Numbered from the stretch's first letter, positions 18,966 through 28,741 are shown. The stretch: 64,000 nt of DNA from an uncultured Candidatus Saccharibacteria bacterium (GCA_964493145.1 CAZBMV010000001.1:169812-233811); one strand, 5' to 3'. A program made the numbers and translations. The notes: generated by a model from the letters alone, not told the origin.

Positions 18966-19673
18966 ATGAGTACAAAACTTGAAGCGAATGTCTATTCGCA
19001 AGAAGGGAACGAGGTTGCAACAATTGCACTTCCGGAGAACGTATTTGGTGTGGAGTGGAACGCTGACCTCGTACACGATGTCGTCGTCTCTATGCAGGGA
19101 AACGCGCGCTCAAATACCGCGCACACGAAGAACCGCAGTGAAGTCCGTGGCGGAGGTAAGAAACCATGGAAGCAAAAGGGAACGGGACGCGCACGTCACG
19201 GTTCAACACGCTCACCTATTTGGGTTGGCGGCGGTGTCGCACACGGCCCTCGCAATGAACGTGACTACTCACGTAAAATCAACAAGAACACGAAAGCGAA
19301 AGCACTTGCATCGGTACTCTCACACAAGTTTACCGAGGGTCGTGTCATCTTCGTTGATGCACTCACGTTCAAGGAACCAAAGACCGCTGATGCACGAAAG
19401 GTACTCACGGCGTTTGGAAAAATTGAGGGTGTGAAAGATATCAGCACGAAGCGAGCAAACGCAGCACTCATTGTCCTCTCCGGTCGTGACAGTGGTGCCG
19501 AACTCAGCTTCCGCAACATGGGGAACGTTCACGTGGTGAATGTAAAAGATGTAAACCCCGTTGCTTTACTCACGTATAAGTATGTCGTAGTCGCAAAACC
19601 TGAGGAATCACTCAAGGCACTCGTTGCCCGCGTGAGCACCAAAACGGCACGTAAGGCTATGACCCAGTCATAA
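18966..19673 (+). CDS. rplD: 50S ribosomal protein L4
   Basis: KPWKQKGTGRARHG motif. Confidence 0.97.
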   Translation: MSTKLEANVYSQEGNEVATIALPENVFGVEWNADLVHDVVVSMQGNARSNTAHTKNRSEVRGGGKKPWKQKGTGRARHGSTRSPIWVGGGVAHGPRNERDYSRKINKNTKAKALASVLSHKFTEGRVIFVDALTFKEPKTADARKVLTAFGKIEGVKDISTKRANAALIVLSGRDSGAELSFRNMGNVHVVNVKDVNPVALLTYKYVVVAKPEESLKALVARVSTKTARKAMTQS

Positions 19674-19674
19674 T

Positions 19675-20046
19675 ATGGGATTGTTTGGAACAAAAAAGAC
19701 TGACGCCACCACAGCATCTGAGGTGGTTCGCATGGCACAGGCACCGAAGGGTCCTGTTGCACCACGGAACATAGGTTCAGTTATCATGAAACCGCGCATT
19801 ACCGAAAAGGCGGCGCTCCTCGGAGAACAGAACGTGTACACGTTTGAAGTTCAAAAGGGTGCGACGAAGTTTGAGGTGCGCGATGCAGTAAAGGCACTCT
19901 ACAATGTGACACCGGTAAAGGTGCACATGGTACACAAGCGTCCTCGCCATTTCATGTCGCGTTCACGCGGTCGAGACATGATGGAACACGGATTACAAAA
20001 AGCGTACGTCTACTTGAAAAAGGGCGACCGCATTGAACTTGTCTAG
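19675..20046 (+). CDS. rplW: 50S ribosomal protein L23
   Basis: PRITEKA and KAYVYLKKG motifs; operon position. Confidence 0.93.
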   Translation: MGLFGTKKTDATTASEVVRMAQAPKGPVAPRNIGSVIMKPRITEKAALLGEQNVYTFEVQKGATKFEVRDAVKALYNVTPVKVHMVHKRPRHFMSRSRGRDMMEHGLQKAYVYLKKGDRIELV

Positions 20047-20181
20047 TAATACTTATGAGTGAAACGAATTAGTAGCACTTGACCCAGTGAAATACACAGC
20101 AAAGCTGTGTAGCGAGCAGAGCTCGCATTTCACCGGGTGTAAGAATTTCTAGTTCATCTCCATTCACAAGAAATATCTAAC

Positions 20182-21045
20182 ATGAAAAAATACAAACCAA
20201 CATCAGCAGGACGTCGCGGCATGACTGTTGTGTCATACGGCGAAGTTTTGACGAGTACAGCAAATGCGCCCCTCAAGCGTCTCACGAAGGGAGCGCGAAG
20301 CACGGGTGGACGTAACAGCCAAGGTCGTGTTACCAACTTTTACCGTGGCGGTGGACACAAGCGAACGTACCGAACGGTTGACTTCACGTACAACAAAAAG
20401 GACATTCCTGCAGTGGTAGAGTCCGTTGAGTACGATCCGTTTCGCTCAGGGTTCATCGCGCTTGTCCTCTACAAGGATGGTGAACGACGCTACGTACTCG
20501 CACCGAAGGGACTTGTGAAGGGGAGTGAATTTGTTGTTTCTGAAACAGCGAAAATCCAAGTTGGAAATCGTCTTCCCCTTAAAAACATCCCCGTCGGTAC
20601 GTTTGTGTTCAACGTTGAACTCAAGCCCGGTGCCGGCGCACGCATTGCACGTGGCGCAGGAACGTACGTAGAGGTTGTCGCGCAGGATGCCGAATACACA
20701 CTCATCAAACTTCCTTCATCGGAAATTCGTCGGGTACTCGGCACTGCATGGGCAACGATTGGTGCGGTCTCAAATGAAGAGTACCGTCTCATTACCTTGG
20801 GTAAGGCGGGGCGTGCACGCCACCGCGGTCTTCGTCCGAAGACGCGAGGAAGTGCGAGAAACGCCGTTGACCACCCATACGGAGGAGGTGAGGGTCGCGC
20901 ACCACGGGGACACAAGCACGCACGAACGATGCAGGGTCGTCCGACCGGAAAAGGTCAGAAGACACGTCGTCCGAAGAAGTATTCAAACGTCTTTATCGTT
21001 ACTCGCCGAAAGCCAGGAAAACTCATGGCGAATTCGGGCAAATAG
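20182..21045 (+). CDS. rplB: 50S ribosomal protein L2
   Basis: GGGHKR, EYDPFRS and DHPYGGGEG motifs. Confidence 0.98.
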   Translation: MKKYKPTSAGRRGMTVVSYGEVLTSTANAPLKRLTKGARSTGGRNSQGRVTNFYRGGGHKRTYRTVDFTYNKKDIPAVVESVEYDPFRSGFIALVLYKDGERRYVLAPKGLVKGSEFVVSETAKIQVGNRLPLKNIPVGTFVFNVELKPGAGARIARGAGTYVEVVAQDAEYTLIKLPSSEIRRVLGTAWATIGAVSNEEYRLITLGKAGRARHRGLRPKTRGSARNAVDHPYGGGEGRAPRGHKHARTMQGRPTGKGQKTRRPKKYSNVFIVTRRKPGKLMANSGK

Positions 21046-21075
21046 GCAAATAACAGAGAGTATACTTTGGAATAC

Positions 21076-21105
21076 AAAACCCGCGGCCGTAGGCCGCGGG
21101 TTTTG
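21076..21105 (+). terminator. Intrinsic terminator after rplB
   Basis: AAAACCCGCGGCC-GTA-GGCCGCGGGTTTT. Confidence 0.8.
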
Positions 21106-21130
21106 CGTTGTAGAGCACACGGTGGTGCTG

Positions 21131-21300
21131 TTGACTTATTTTTGGACTTCGCGTACTATAGCCCTCGTTCAGAACCCTCGCGACAGAAACTCCTCTGGGA
21201 TCTGTCGCAAGAAGTTGTGAGTATTTCGTGTGGCACTGGCCGTTACCTGTTGCAACACGAGGTTCTCACCACAGTTTAGGTGGTAACCCGTATGCGCACA
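21131..21300 (+). promoter_or_regulatory. Internal promoter and structured leader of rpsS
   Basis: TTGACT-17-TACTAT; stems GCGACAGA/TCTGTCGC and AGAACC/GGTTCT. Confidence 0.6.
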
Positions 21301-21317
21301 CGCGCTTTTTAATTCAT

Positions 21318-21659
21318 ATGTCACGATCACTTTACAAAGGGCCATATATTAATGAAAAAATCCTGAAGAAGATTCAGGGCAAGAAGCCTGAGAACACGGG
21401 CGAAATTAAGGTGTGGGACCGAGCATCGGTCATTTCTCCGGAAATGGTCGGATTTACCTTTGGTGTCCACAATGGAAAAGCCCACGTTGCAGTCTTTGTG
21501 ACTGAAGAAATGGTCGGACACCGCCTTGGTGAATTTTCTCCGACGAAGAAGTTCCTTCGCCATGGAGGAAAGATGCAAAAGGAGCTTGAGACAAAGCGAA
21601 AGGAAGCTGAAGTTGCAGCAGCAAAGGCGGCAAAGGCATCTCCCGCTGATAAAAAGTAG
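21318..21659 (+). CDS. rpsS: 30S ribosomal protein S19
   Basis: [14 protein letters not shown] and [12 protein letters not shown] motifs. Confidence 0.97.
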   Translation: MSRSLYKGPYINEKILKKIQGKKPENTGEIKVWDRASVISPEMVGFTFGVHNGKAHVAVFVTEEMVGHRLGEFSPTKKFLRHGGKMQKELETKRKEAEVAAAKAAKASPADKK

Positions 21660-21674
21660 TCACCCTGTGAAATT

Positions 21675-21998
21675 ATGAAAGCAATACTCAAAAATTATCG
21701 TCAGTCACCGCGCAAGGTTCGTCTCATCGCCGATGTTGTGCGTGGAAAGAAAGTTGAAAAGGCGCTTGAAACGCTCTCGTTCATGAACAAGCGCGCCGCT
21801 GTCCCATTTACAAAACTCATCAAGTCAGCCGTTGCGAATGCACAGTCACAGGGCATTGACACCAAGTCGCTCATTGTGAAGACGGTCGCGGTTGACAAGG
21901 GGACTGTCCTCAAGCGGTTTATGCCACGCGCCCGAGGTTCTGCGGCACGTATCAACAAGCGCAACAGCCACCTCAAGGTTGAACTCGGCACTAAGTAA
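21675..21998 (+). CDS. rplV: 50S ribosomal protein L22
   Basis: SPRKVRL and PRARG motifs. Confidence 0.97.
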   Translation: MKAILKNYRQSPRKVRLIADVVRGKKVEKALETLSFMNKRAAVPFTKLIKSAVANAQSQGIDTKSLIVKTVAVDKGTVLKRFMPRARGSAARINKRNSHLKVELGTK

Positions 21999-22038
21999 TC
22001 CATTCATTATTATTGTTTTTGAATTTTAGATTAACTAT

Positions 22039-22764
22039 ATGACACACGTCGCACACCCATACGTTCAGCGCCTCGGAGTCATTCGTGAGTGGAAGTCACG
22101 ATGGTTTGCCGGTGACCCAAAGAAGTATCGCGAGTATATCCGTACCGATGGTGCCGTTCGCGCATTTCTCGCAAAGAAACTTCGCAACCTCCACGTTTCA
22201 AATGTTGAAATTGAGCGCAACGAGAAGATTTTTCGTGTCATCATCAGCACGTCACGACCAGGCCTCATCATTGGCCGAAGCGGTGAGGGTGCAACGAAAC
22301 TCCGCAAAGAAATTGACATGCTTCTCCGAACACTCAAACTCACCGAGAAGCCGGAGATTAAGATTGATATTGAAGAGGTACGCTCACCAGAATCCAGCGC
22401 ATCAATCGTCGGACAGATGGTTGTAGAGGGACTTGAGAAGCGTATGCCGTTCCGTCGTGTCATGAAGCAGACAGCTGAAAAGGTAATGGCGAATCGCGAC
22501 GTAAAGGGCGTGCGCATCATCAGTTCAGGTCGTCTCGGTGGCGCAGAAATGGCACGCAAGGAGGAAATTAAAAAAGGACGCATTCCGCTCCAGACACTCC
22601 GCGCAGACATTGATTTTGCGCGTGAGAAGGCAATTCTCCCGTATGGTTCAATTGGCGTAAAGGTATGGATTTACCGTGGCGATATTTTTGCAGACCGTCG
22701 AGCGAAGGCAGAGGAAAAGGGTGGCGAGTCAAAGGAGCGACGAGCACCTCGTAATCGTGGGTAA
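22039..22764 (+). CDS. rpsC: 30S ribosomal protein S3
   Basis: RPGLIIG, GRLGGAEMAR and PLQTLRADID motifs. Confidence 0.97.
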   Translation: MTHVAHPYVQRLGVIREWKSRWFAGDPKKYREYIRTDGAVRAFLAKKLRNLHVSNVEIERNEKIFRVIISTSRPGLIIGRSGEGATKLRKEIDMLLRTLKLTEKPEIKIDIEEVRSPESSASIVGQMVVEGLEKRMPFRRVMKQTAEKVMANRDVKGVRIISSGRLGGAEMARKEEIKKGRIPLQTLRADIDFAREKAILPYGSIGVKVWIYRGDIFADRRAKAEEKGGESKERRAPRNRG

Positions 22765-22777
22765 TTAATTTTTGCAT

Positions 22778-23212
22778 ATGTTGTTTCCTAAGAAAGTTAA
22801 ACACAGAAAGTGGCAAACGGGACGTAAGCACCCTGATCGCCTTAAGGCACCCGAGACACGCGGTACTGAAGTTTCCTTTGGCTCATTCGGCCTCAAAGCA
22901 CAGTCACAGTCACGCGTGAAGAGTAACCAAATAGAAGCGGCACGCCGTGTTATCTCACGAACGCTCGGTAAGACGGGTAAAATCTGGATTCGTATTTTCC
23001 CTGATAAGCCCGTAACGAAGAAGGCGGCAGAGGTTCCGATGGGAAAGGGCAAGGGTGATCCGGACCACTTCATCTTTGAGGTGCGCCCCGGTCGCATCCT
23101 CTTTGAGGTTGATGGTGTGCCCGAGGCGACAGCGCGCGAGGCGTTCCGTAAGGCAACCGCAAAACTTCCGGTAAAGGCGAAGGTCGTTAGTCGTGAAGAA
23201 ACGCGCGTGTAA
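22778..23212 (+). CDS. rplP: 50S ribosomal protein L16
   Basis: IEAARR, WIRIFPDKP and MGKGKG motifs. Confidence 0.97.
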   Translation: MLFPKKVKHRKWQTGRKHPDRLKAPETRGTEVSFGSFGLKAQSQSRVKSNQIEAARRVISRTLGKTGKIWIRIFPDKPVTKKAAEVPMGKGKGDPDHFIFEVRPGRILFEVDGVPEATAREAFRKATAKLPVKAKVVSREETRV

Positions 23213-23412
23213 TGAGTATGCATATGTCTGAAATACAAAAAAAGAATGATGCTGACCTCGTAAAATTTATCAGCGAGAAGCGCACCGAACTTCACAAACT
23301 CCGATTCGGACTCACGGGAAGCGGCATGCGCAACACACACGCAATCAGGAATGTCCGTCGTGAGATTGCGCAGGCACTCACCGAACTTAGTACACGGAGT
23401 AACAACGCATAA
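23212..23412 (+). CDS. rpmC: 50S ribosomal protein L29
   Basis: LRF...IRNVRREIAQALT; operon position (start could be 23218 or 23224). Confidence 0.9.
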   Translation: MSMHMSEIQKKNDADLVKFISEKRTELHKLRFGLTGSGMRNTHAIRNVRREIAQALTELSTRSNNA

Positions 23413-23431
23413 GGAGCACTGATACATTATT

Positions 23432-23695
23432 ATGACAACAGAACACACAACAAACGAGACAACAAAGGGCGGACGCGTTCTCCGCGGTACCGTTGTTTCT
23501 ACGAAGATGCAGGACACCATCACGGTCGCTGTTGAGCGCTACGTTATGCACCCGAAGTACAAGAAGTTCATGCGTCGTACCAAGAAGTACCTGGTGGACG
23601 ACAAGGGCAACACCGCAAAAGACGGGGAAAAGGTCGAAATTCGCGAGACAAGACCCATCTCAAAGCGCAAACATTTTGAGCTCGTTAAGGGGTAA
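23432..23695 (+). CDS. rpsQ: 30S ribosomal protein S17
   Basis: GTVVSTKM, HPKYKK and ETRPISKRK motifs. Confidence 0.97.
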   Translation: MTTEHTTNETTKGGRVLRGTVVSTKMQDTITVAVERYVMHPKYKKFMRRTKKYLVDDKGNTAKDGEKVEIRETRPISKRKHFELVKG

Positions 23696-23713
23696 TCACC
23701 TAAATACACACGT

Positions 23714-24085
23714 ATGATTCAAGATCGTTCAATCGTTAAGATAACAGACAACTCAGGCGGTAAGATTGGCCGCGTATTCAAGGTGCTCGGCGGTTCAAAG
23801 AAGCGATATGCGGAGCTAGGCGAACTTGTTGTACTTTCAATTCAAACCGCAGAACCGCGAAAGCAGGTGAAGAAGAAGGATGTCGTGTACGGTGTGGTTG
23901 TTCGACAGGTGAAGCCATTTCGTCGCAAGGACGGTTCATACGTCAGTTTTGACGATAACGCCGTCGTGTTGGTCGACAAGGAAAAGAAGGAGCCAAAGGC
24001 GAACCGCGTATTCGGCCCTATTCCACGCGAACTTGCAGAAGCCGGATACCAGAAAATCGTCTCACTCGCACCTGAGGTCGTGTAA
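23714..24085 (+). CDS. rplN: 50S ribosomal protein L14
   Basis: DNSG, FDDNAVV and KIVSLAPEV motifs. Confidence 0.97.
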   Translation: MIQDRSIVKITDNSGGKIGRVFKVLGGSKKRYAELGELVVLSIQTAEPRKQVKKKDVVYGVVVRQVKPFRRKDGSYVSFDDNAVVLVDKEKKEPKANRVFGPIPRELAEAGYQKIVSLAPEVV

Positions 24086-24105
24086 TCACCACTAATTTTT
24101 TGTAT

Positions 24106-24426
24106 ATGAAGATTAAGAAAGGAGATACTGTCATTGTGACGACAGGAAAAGATAAAGGAAAAGAGGGTGCTGTCGTACGCAGTTTCCCAAAGCAGAACAA
24201 GGTTCTCATTGAAGGTGTCGGTGTGGTGCATCGCCATCAGAAGTCAAAGCGACGCGGTTCACAGGGGCAGATTGTTGAAAAGCCAATGCCAATTTCTGTT
24301 TCAAACGTTGCCCTCAAGGATGCAAAGACGGGTAAACCGACACGCGTCGGCTACATGATTGAAGGCGAGGGGAAGAATGCAAAAAAAGTTCGTGTTGCAC
24401 GCGCGTCGGGTGAGAAGATCAAATAG
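24106..24426 (+). CDS. rplX: 50S ribosomal protein L24
   Basis: KKGDTV..GKDKGK KOW motif. Confidence 0.97.
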   Translation: MKIKKGDTVIVTTGKDKGKEGAVVRSFPKQNKVLIEGVGVVHRHQKSKRRGSQGQIVEKPMPISVSNVALKDAKTGKPTRVGYMIEGEGKNAKKVRVARASGEKIK

Positions 24427-24450
24427 TAATTTTGTAATCATTTGATCCAT

Positions 24451-25014
24451 ATGAAAACAATGAAAGAAACAGTACAGGGCACCTACGAAGCACTAAAGGG
24501 TACGTTTGGGTACACGAACAAGATGCAGGCACCTCGGATTGAAAAGGTGGTTATTTCTACGGGTACGGGTAAGATTCAGGACAAACAGAAAATCAAACTC
24601 ATTGAAGACCGTCTCGCGCGCATTACCGGACAAAAGGCGATTGCACGTCCTGCGAAGAAATCTATTGCGTCATTCAAACTTCGTGAGGGCGACGTCATCG
24701 GTTTCCAAGCGACACTCCGTGGCCAGCGAATGAATGATTTCCTCTTCAAACTCATCCACCTCGCACTCCCGCAAACTCGTGACTTCCGCGGGCTCAAGGT
24801 TGACGCGATAGACGAAATGGGAAACTACACCATCGGTATTCGTGAGCACACCATTTTCCCTGAAACGGCTGACGAAGAAATTAAAGATGTGTTCGGACTT
24901 TCGGTGACCATTGTGACGACCGCAAAGACTCGCAAAGAGGCAGAGGCATTCCTTCGCCACATAGGTCTTCCACTAAAGGCGGATACGGTGAACAAAACCA
25001 AGACAAAAAAATAA
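24451..25014 (+). CDS. rplE: 50S ribosomal protein L5
   Basis: ITGQK, SIASFKLREG and RDFRG motifs. Confidence 0.97.
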   Translation: MKTMKETVQGTYEALKGTFGYTNKMQAPRIEKVVISTGTGKIQDKQKIKLIEDRLARITGQKAIARPAKKSIASFKLREGDVIGFQATLRGQRMNDFLFKLIHLALPQTRDFRGLKVDAIDEMGNYTIGIREHTIFPETADEEIKDVFGLSVTIVTTAKTRKEAEAFLRHIGLPLKADTVNKTKTKK

Positions 25015-25157
25015 CCAGGAAAAAATAAGTGAGTACGAAAAACTGTACAAATAGGCAACACTATTGTTGCCCACAGATGTGCTATTTTGAGGTGTTGAAA
25101 CGCTTAAGCAAGGTTCTATAATACCATAAGTAAGGTATTATTTCTAATTAATTTTTT

Positions 25158-26162
25158 ATGAAAAGCACAGTATCTGGATTTTTCTGTACATTTGCTATAG
25201 CGATGCTTTTTGCATTACCAACTCAAATACAAGCGCAAACGGTTGCGACACCAACAATTGAAGAACTACGACAGCAAATCGCTGATTTGACTAGAATACT
25301 TAACCATCTTCTCTCAAATCAGTCCAAACAATCAAATTCAAGTGCTACGATTTCTACCACACAGGGTAATATGTGTAATTATGCACGCTCTATTACAAAA
25401 ACTCTCGCACAAGGAATGGTTGACCCACAAGTGACAATTCTTCAAAAATTTCTTAATCTGTCTGGCATACCTGTGGCAGTAAGTGGGCAGGGTTCGTCTG
25501 GGAATGAGACAAACTACTTTGGTCAAGGAACGAAATACGCTGTGCAATTGTGGCAAACAAAAAACAATGTGGTTTCCAGTGGTACACCTGAAACCACTGG
25601 CTATGGTGTTGTCGGTATGAGGACAAGGACAGCAATGCAAACGGTAAGTTGTAATACAGTTCCACAAAATGATAATGACATCGTGTGTACCACAGATGCA
25701 CGACGTTGCCCAGATGGTTCATACGTCTCGCGCGTCGCACCTACGTGTGAGTTCGCTGCATGTCCTGCAATTCCAACAGCATCAATCACAAGCAACCTTA
25801 CTGCAACAGTAAATAAAGCAAAGATTATTTCAGGTACCGCTACAAATGTTAACTCAGTTTACATGGTCATAACTAGGCCAAACGGAAGTGTTATTAATAC
25901 CGACATTGCGGTAGCAAATGGCTTGTGGTCGTATAACTATCCAGCAAGTACGTTTACTGTTGCAGGTAATTACCTTATAACTATTCGCGCTAATACGTAC
26001 AACGGTACCATACTCACTACTGGTACGTTAGTAGTAAGTAGTGATGACATCGTGTGTACCACAGATGCACGACGTTGCCCAGATGGTTCATACGTCTCGC
26101 GCGTCGCACCTACGTGTGAGTTCGCTGCATGTCCTGCAGGTTCCGGTAGTTCCGGTTGGTAA
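25158..26162 (+). CDS. Secreted peptidoglycan-binding-domain protein with duplicated Cys-rich modules
   Basis: Signal peptide; VTILQKFL...TNYFGQGTKYAVQLWQ...GVVGMRTR; two CTTDARRCPDGSYVSRVAPTCEFAACP modules. Confidence 0.8.
   Translation: MKSTVSGFFCTFAIAMLFALPTQIQAQTVATPTIEELRQQIADLTRILNHLLSNQSKQSNSSATISTTQGNMCNYARSITKTLAQGMVDPQVTILQKFLNLSGIPVAVSGQGSSGNETNYFGQGTKYAVQLWQTKNNVVSSGTPETTGYGVVGMRTRTAMQTVSCNTVPQNDNDIVCTTDARRCPDGSYVSRVAPTCEFAACPAIPTASITSNLTATVNKAKIISGTATNVNSVYMVITRPNGSVINTDIAVANGLWSYNYPASTFTVAGNYLITIRANTYNGTILTTGTLVVSSDDIVCTTDARRCPDGSYVSRVAPTCEFAACPAGSGSSGW
25675..26138 (+). repeat. Exact 95-bp direct repeat (25675-25769 and 26044-26138)
   Basis: Identical nucleotide copies encoding the Cys-rich module. 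Confidence 0.92.
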
Positions 26163-26324
26163 TTACGGTATATTCTGAGGATGTAATAAAATGTTCCCAA
26201 ATGGGTTGTCTGTTGAACGTATGTCATCTACACGTGACTCTGTTCAGTGTATGTAACAGGAGCAATTAATTCTGAGCGTAGCCAATTATTATTTAGCGAC
26301 TAGTGCAAATAACTCTACAGTACT

Positions 26325-26574
26325 TTGACTTTGTTCTCGTTTTCACGTATATTTTCACCCGTAGCGATATTCGCATACTCTCGTGTATCCCATAGGGAAA
26401 CTTGAGACGCGCCGATCCACCTTCCCCTTACGGGGAACGATGGTAAGCGAGTTTTTCTGAGTATTGCGTAAGGAGAGAACGGTCACCACATCTTGGTGAG
26501 ACCACTTTCATTCCGATGGTAACGCTTCCTTTATCAACCATATGCCCGTTTTCATACGGGCTAACGTACAAACT
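26325..26574 (+). promoter_or_regulatory. Internal promoter and long structured leader of rpsN
   Basis: TTGACT-17-TATATT; CGCATACTC/GAGTATTGCG, TTCCCC/GGGGAA and GCCCGT/ACGGGC stems. Confidence 0.55.
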
Positions 26575-26760
26575 GTGGCAAGAAAATCAGTGAAGTTACG
26601 AGCGGTTCGTCCGCCAAAGTTCAAGAGCCAAGTCGTGCGCCGATGCTTCAAGTGCGGTCGAAAGCGTGGGTACATGCGAGATTTTGACATGTGCAGAATC
26701 TGTTTCCGTGAGGCGGCTCACGAAGGACACATACCAGGCATTAAGAAATCATCATGGTAA
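26575..26760 (+). CDS. rpsN: 30S ribosomal protein S14, Zn-binding type
   Basis: RCFKCGR...MCRICFRE...PGIKKSSW; GTG start. Confidence 0.95.
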   Translation: MARKSVKLRAVRPPKFKSQVVRRCFKCGRKRGYMRDFDMCRICFREAAHEGHIPGIKKSSW

Positions 26761-27149
26761 ACGATCCGGTAGGAGATTTCATCATCCAGCTTAAGAATGC
26801 AGGGATGGTAGGGAAAAAGTCAGTGAGTATTCCGTACTCAAAGCTGAAGCACGCTATTGCGAATAAGCTTGTGGAAGCGGGTTTCATTGCAAGCGCGGAA
26901 AAGTACGGCAAGAAGGTAAAGAAAACGCTTGATGTCGTTCTCAAGTACGAGAATGACGGTACGCACGCAATCAGAGGCGTGAAGCGGGTTTCAAAGCCGG
27001 GTCGACGTCTGTACGTGGGGGTTGCGGAAATTTTCCCCGTGAAATTCGGAAAAGGAAAGCGCATTCTCTCAACGCCGGTAGGAATCCTCACCGGTGAAGA
27101 AGCTCGCGAGAAGAATGTCGGTGGCGAGGAACTATTCATCATTTGGTAA
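26754..27149 (+). CDS. rpsH: 30S ribosomal protein S8
   Basis: RVSKPGRRLY, STPVG and GGE motifs. Confidence 0.96.
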   Translation: MVNDPVGDFIIQLKNAGMVGKKSVSIPYSKLKHAIANKLVEAGFIASAEKYGKKVKKTLDVVLKYENDGTHAIRGVKRVSKPGRRLYVGVAEIFPVKFGKGKRILSTPVGILTGEEAREKNVGGEELFIIW

Positions 27150-27159
27150 TGCAACAATT

Positions 27160-27696
27160 ATGAGCAGATTAGGAAAACAACCAATTCATATTCCCGCACA
27201 AGTTGAGGTGACCTGTACAGATGGCACGCTCACGGTGAAGGGACCGAAGGGTGAACTCACGCGACAGGTTACGGGGGATATTTCTATTGTCGTTGAAAAC
27301 GGCGTTGTCACCGTCACGAAAAACAAGGATACACGAGAGTCTCGCGCACTTTGGGGAACGTACGCCGCACACCTCCTCAACATGGTTGAGGGTGTTACAC
27401 AGGGGTTCACAAAAATTCTTGAGGTAGAGGGTGTCGGGTACAAGGCGGATGCGCAGAACGGCAAGATAAAACTTTCTGTGGGGTTTTCTCACCCCGTTGA
27501 ACTCGTCGCACCGAAGGGTGTGGAGGTTAAGACCGAGAGTGGCGTCATTACCGTGAGCGGCATTGATAAGGAAGCCGTCGGACAATTTGCCGCAGACATC
27601 AGAAAAATGAAGAAGCCGGAGCCATACAAGGGCAAGGGTATCCGTTACCGTGGCGAGTACATTATCAGAAAGCAGGGTAAGAAGGGTGCTGCGTAA
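27160..27696 (+). CDS. rplF: 50S ribosomal protein L6
   Basis: MSRLGK, GPKG and PEPYKGKGI motifs. Confidence 0.97.
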   Translation: MSRLGKQPIHIPAQVEVTCTDGTLTVKGPKGELTRQVTGDISIVVENGVVTVTKNKDTRESRALWGTYAAHLLNMVEGVTQGFTKILEVEGVGYKADAQNGKIKLSVGFSHPVELVAPKGVEVKTESGVITVSGIDKEAVGQFAADIRKMKKPEPYKGKGIRYRGEYIIRKQGKKGAA

Positions 27697-27717
27697 TCGC
27701 GCGCTTAGAAACGTACT

Positions 27718-28068
27718 ATGAGTATCACATCACAAAAAGTAGTAAAGCGAACTCGCCGTCACGCGCGCATCCGTTCCAGAGTGCACGGTACCGCAGAACG
27801 TCCACGCCTCGCTATCTATCGGAGCAACCGCTTCATCTACGCGCAACTCATCAACGACGAGACGGGAACAACGGTTGCCTCTCTTGATACGCGTAAGGTA
27901 AAGGGGGACACTGCGCTCACTCGCGCAAAGGAAGCGGGGAAACTGCTCGCGGGAGAGGCAAAGAAGAAGGGAATTACGAGCGTTGTCTTTGACCGTGGCG
28001 GTTTCCAGTACCAGGGTGCCGTCGTTGCACTTGCCGAAGGTGCACGTGAAGGAGGACTTACATTTTAG
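27718..28068 (+). CDS. rplR: 50S ribosomal protein L18
   Basis: RPRLAIYRS, VFDRGG and AREGGL motifs. Confidence 0.97.
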   Translation: MSITSQKVVKRTRRHARIRSRVHGTAERPRLAIYRSNRFIYAQLINDETGTTVASLDTRKVKGDTALTRAKEAGKLLAGEAKKKGITSVVFDRGGFQYQGAVVALAEGAREGGLTF

Positions 28069-28087
28069 TCAGCATTTATAAATATAC

Positions 28088-28741
28088 ATGAACGAAAAAA
28101 ATCAGCAGGAAGCTACAATTGAGACAGAAGTCTCTACAGAGGTAGTCGGAGAAAATACCGACACTACCGCCGATGCACCTGTCCGTGATTCTGAAGTGAC
28201 CGTGCCGAAAGGTGACGCACGTACCACATCAGCGGATGGTGGACGTGGCGGTGATGCACGAAGGAACCCACGTCGCGCACGCCGTGCCCCACGCAGAGAG
28301 GAGCGTGTCCGTTCTGAATTTGATCAGAAAATCATCAGTATCCGTCGCGTGACGCGTGTGATGGCGGGAGGCCGACGATTCAGTTTCAGCGTCGCCATCG
28401 TCATTGGGAACAGGAAAGGAAAAGTGGGCGTCGGTCTCGGAAAAGCGGGCGATACGCAACTTGCGATAGAGAAAGCGGTGCGGAGCGCACGAAAAAATTT
28501 GATTGAAATTCCACTCAATAAGCACCAGCACATTCCACACGACGTGCACACAAAACTTGCATCAAGTGAGGTCATGATTATGCCCGCACCGGGCCGCGGA
28601 CTCGTCGCCGGAAGTTCGGTGAGAACCGTACTTGAACTCGGAGGCGTGAAGGACGTGACCGCGAAGATTTTTTCACGAAGCAAAAACAAACTCAACAACG
28701 CCCGTGCGGCGATTGCGGCACTTAAGAAACTCAAAGGCTAG
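28088..28741 (+). CDS. rpsE: 30S ribosomal protein S5
   Basis: RVTRVMAGGRRFSF motif; long N-terminal extension. Confidence 0.96.
   Translation: MNEKNQQEATIETEVSTEVVGENTDTTADAPVRDSEVTVPKGDARTTSADGGRGGDARRNPRRARRAPRREERVRSEFDQKIISIRRVTRVMAGGRRFSFSVAIVIGNRKGKVGVGLGKAGDTQLAIEKAVRSARKNLIEIPLNKHQHIPHDVHTKLASSEVMIMPAPGRGLVAGSSVRTVLELGGVKDVTAKIFSRSKNKLNNARAAIAALKKLKG

Noticed and set aside
20050-20075. TATGAG..GAAAC resembling a hammerhead core
   Set aside because: It lacks CUGANGA and the required flanking stems.
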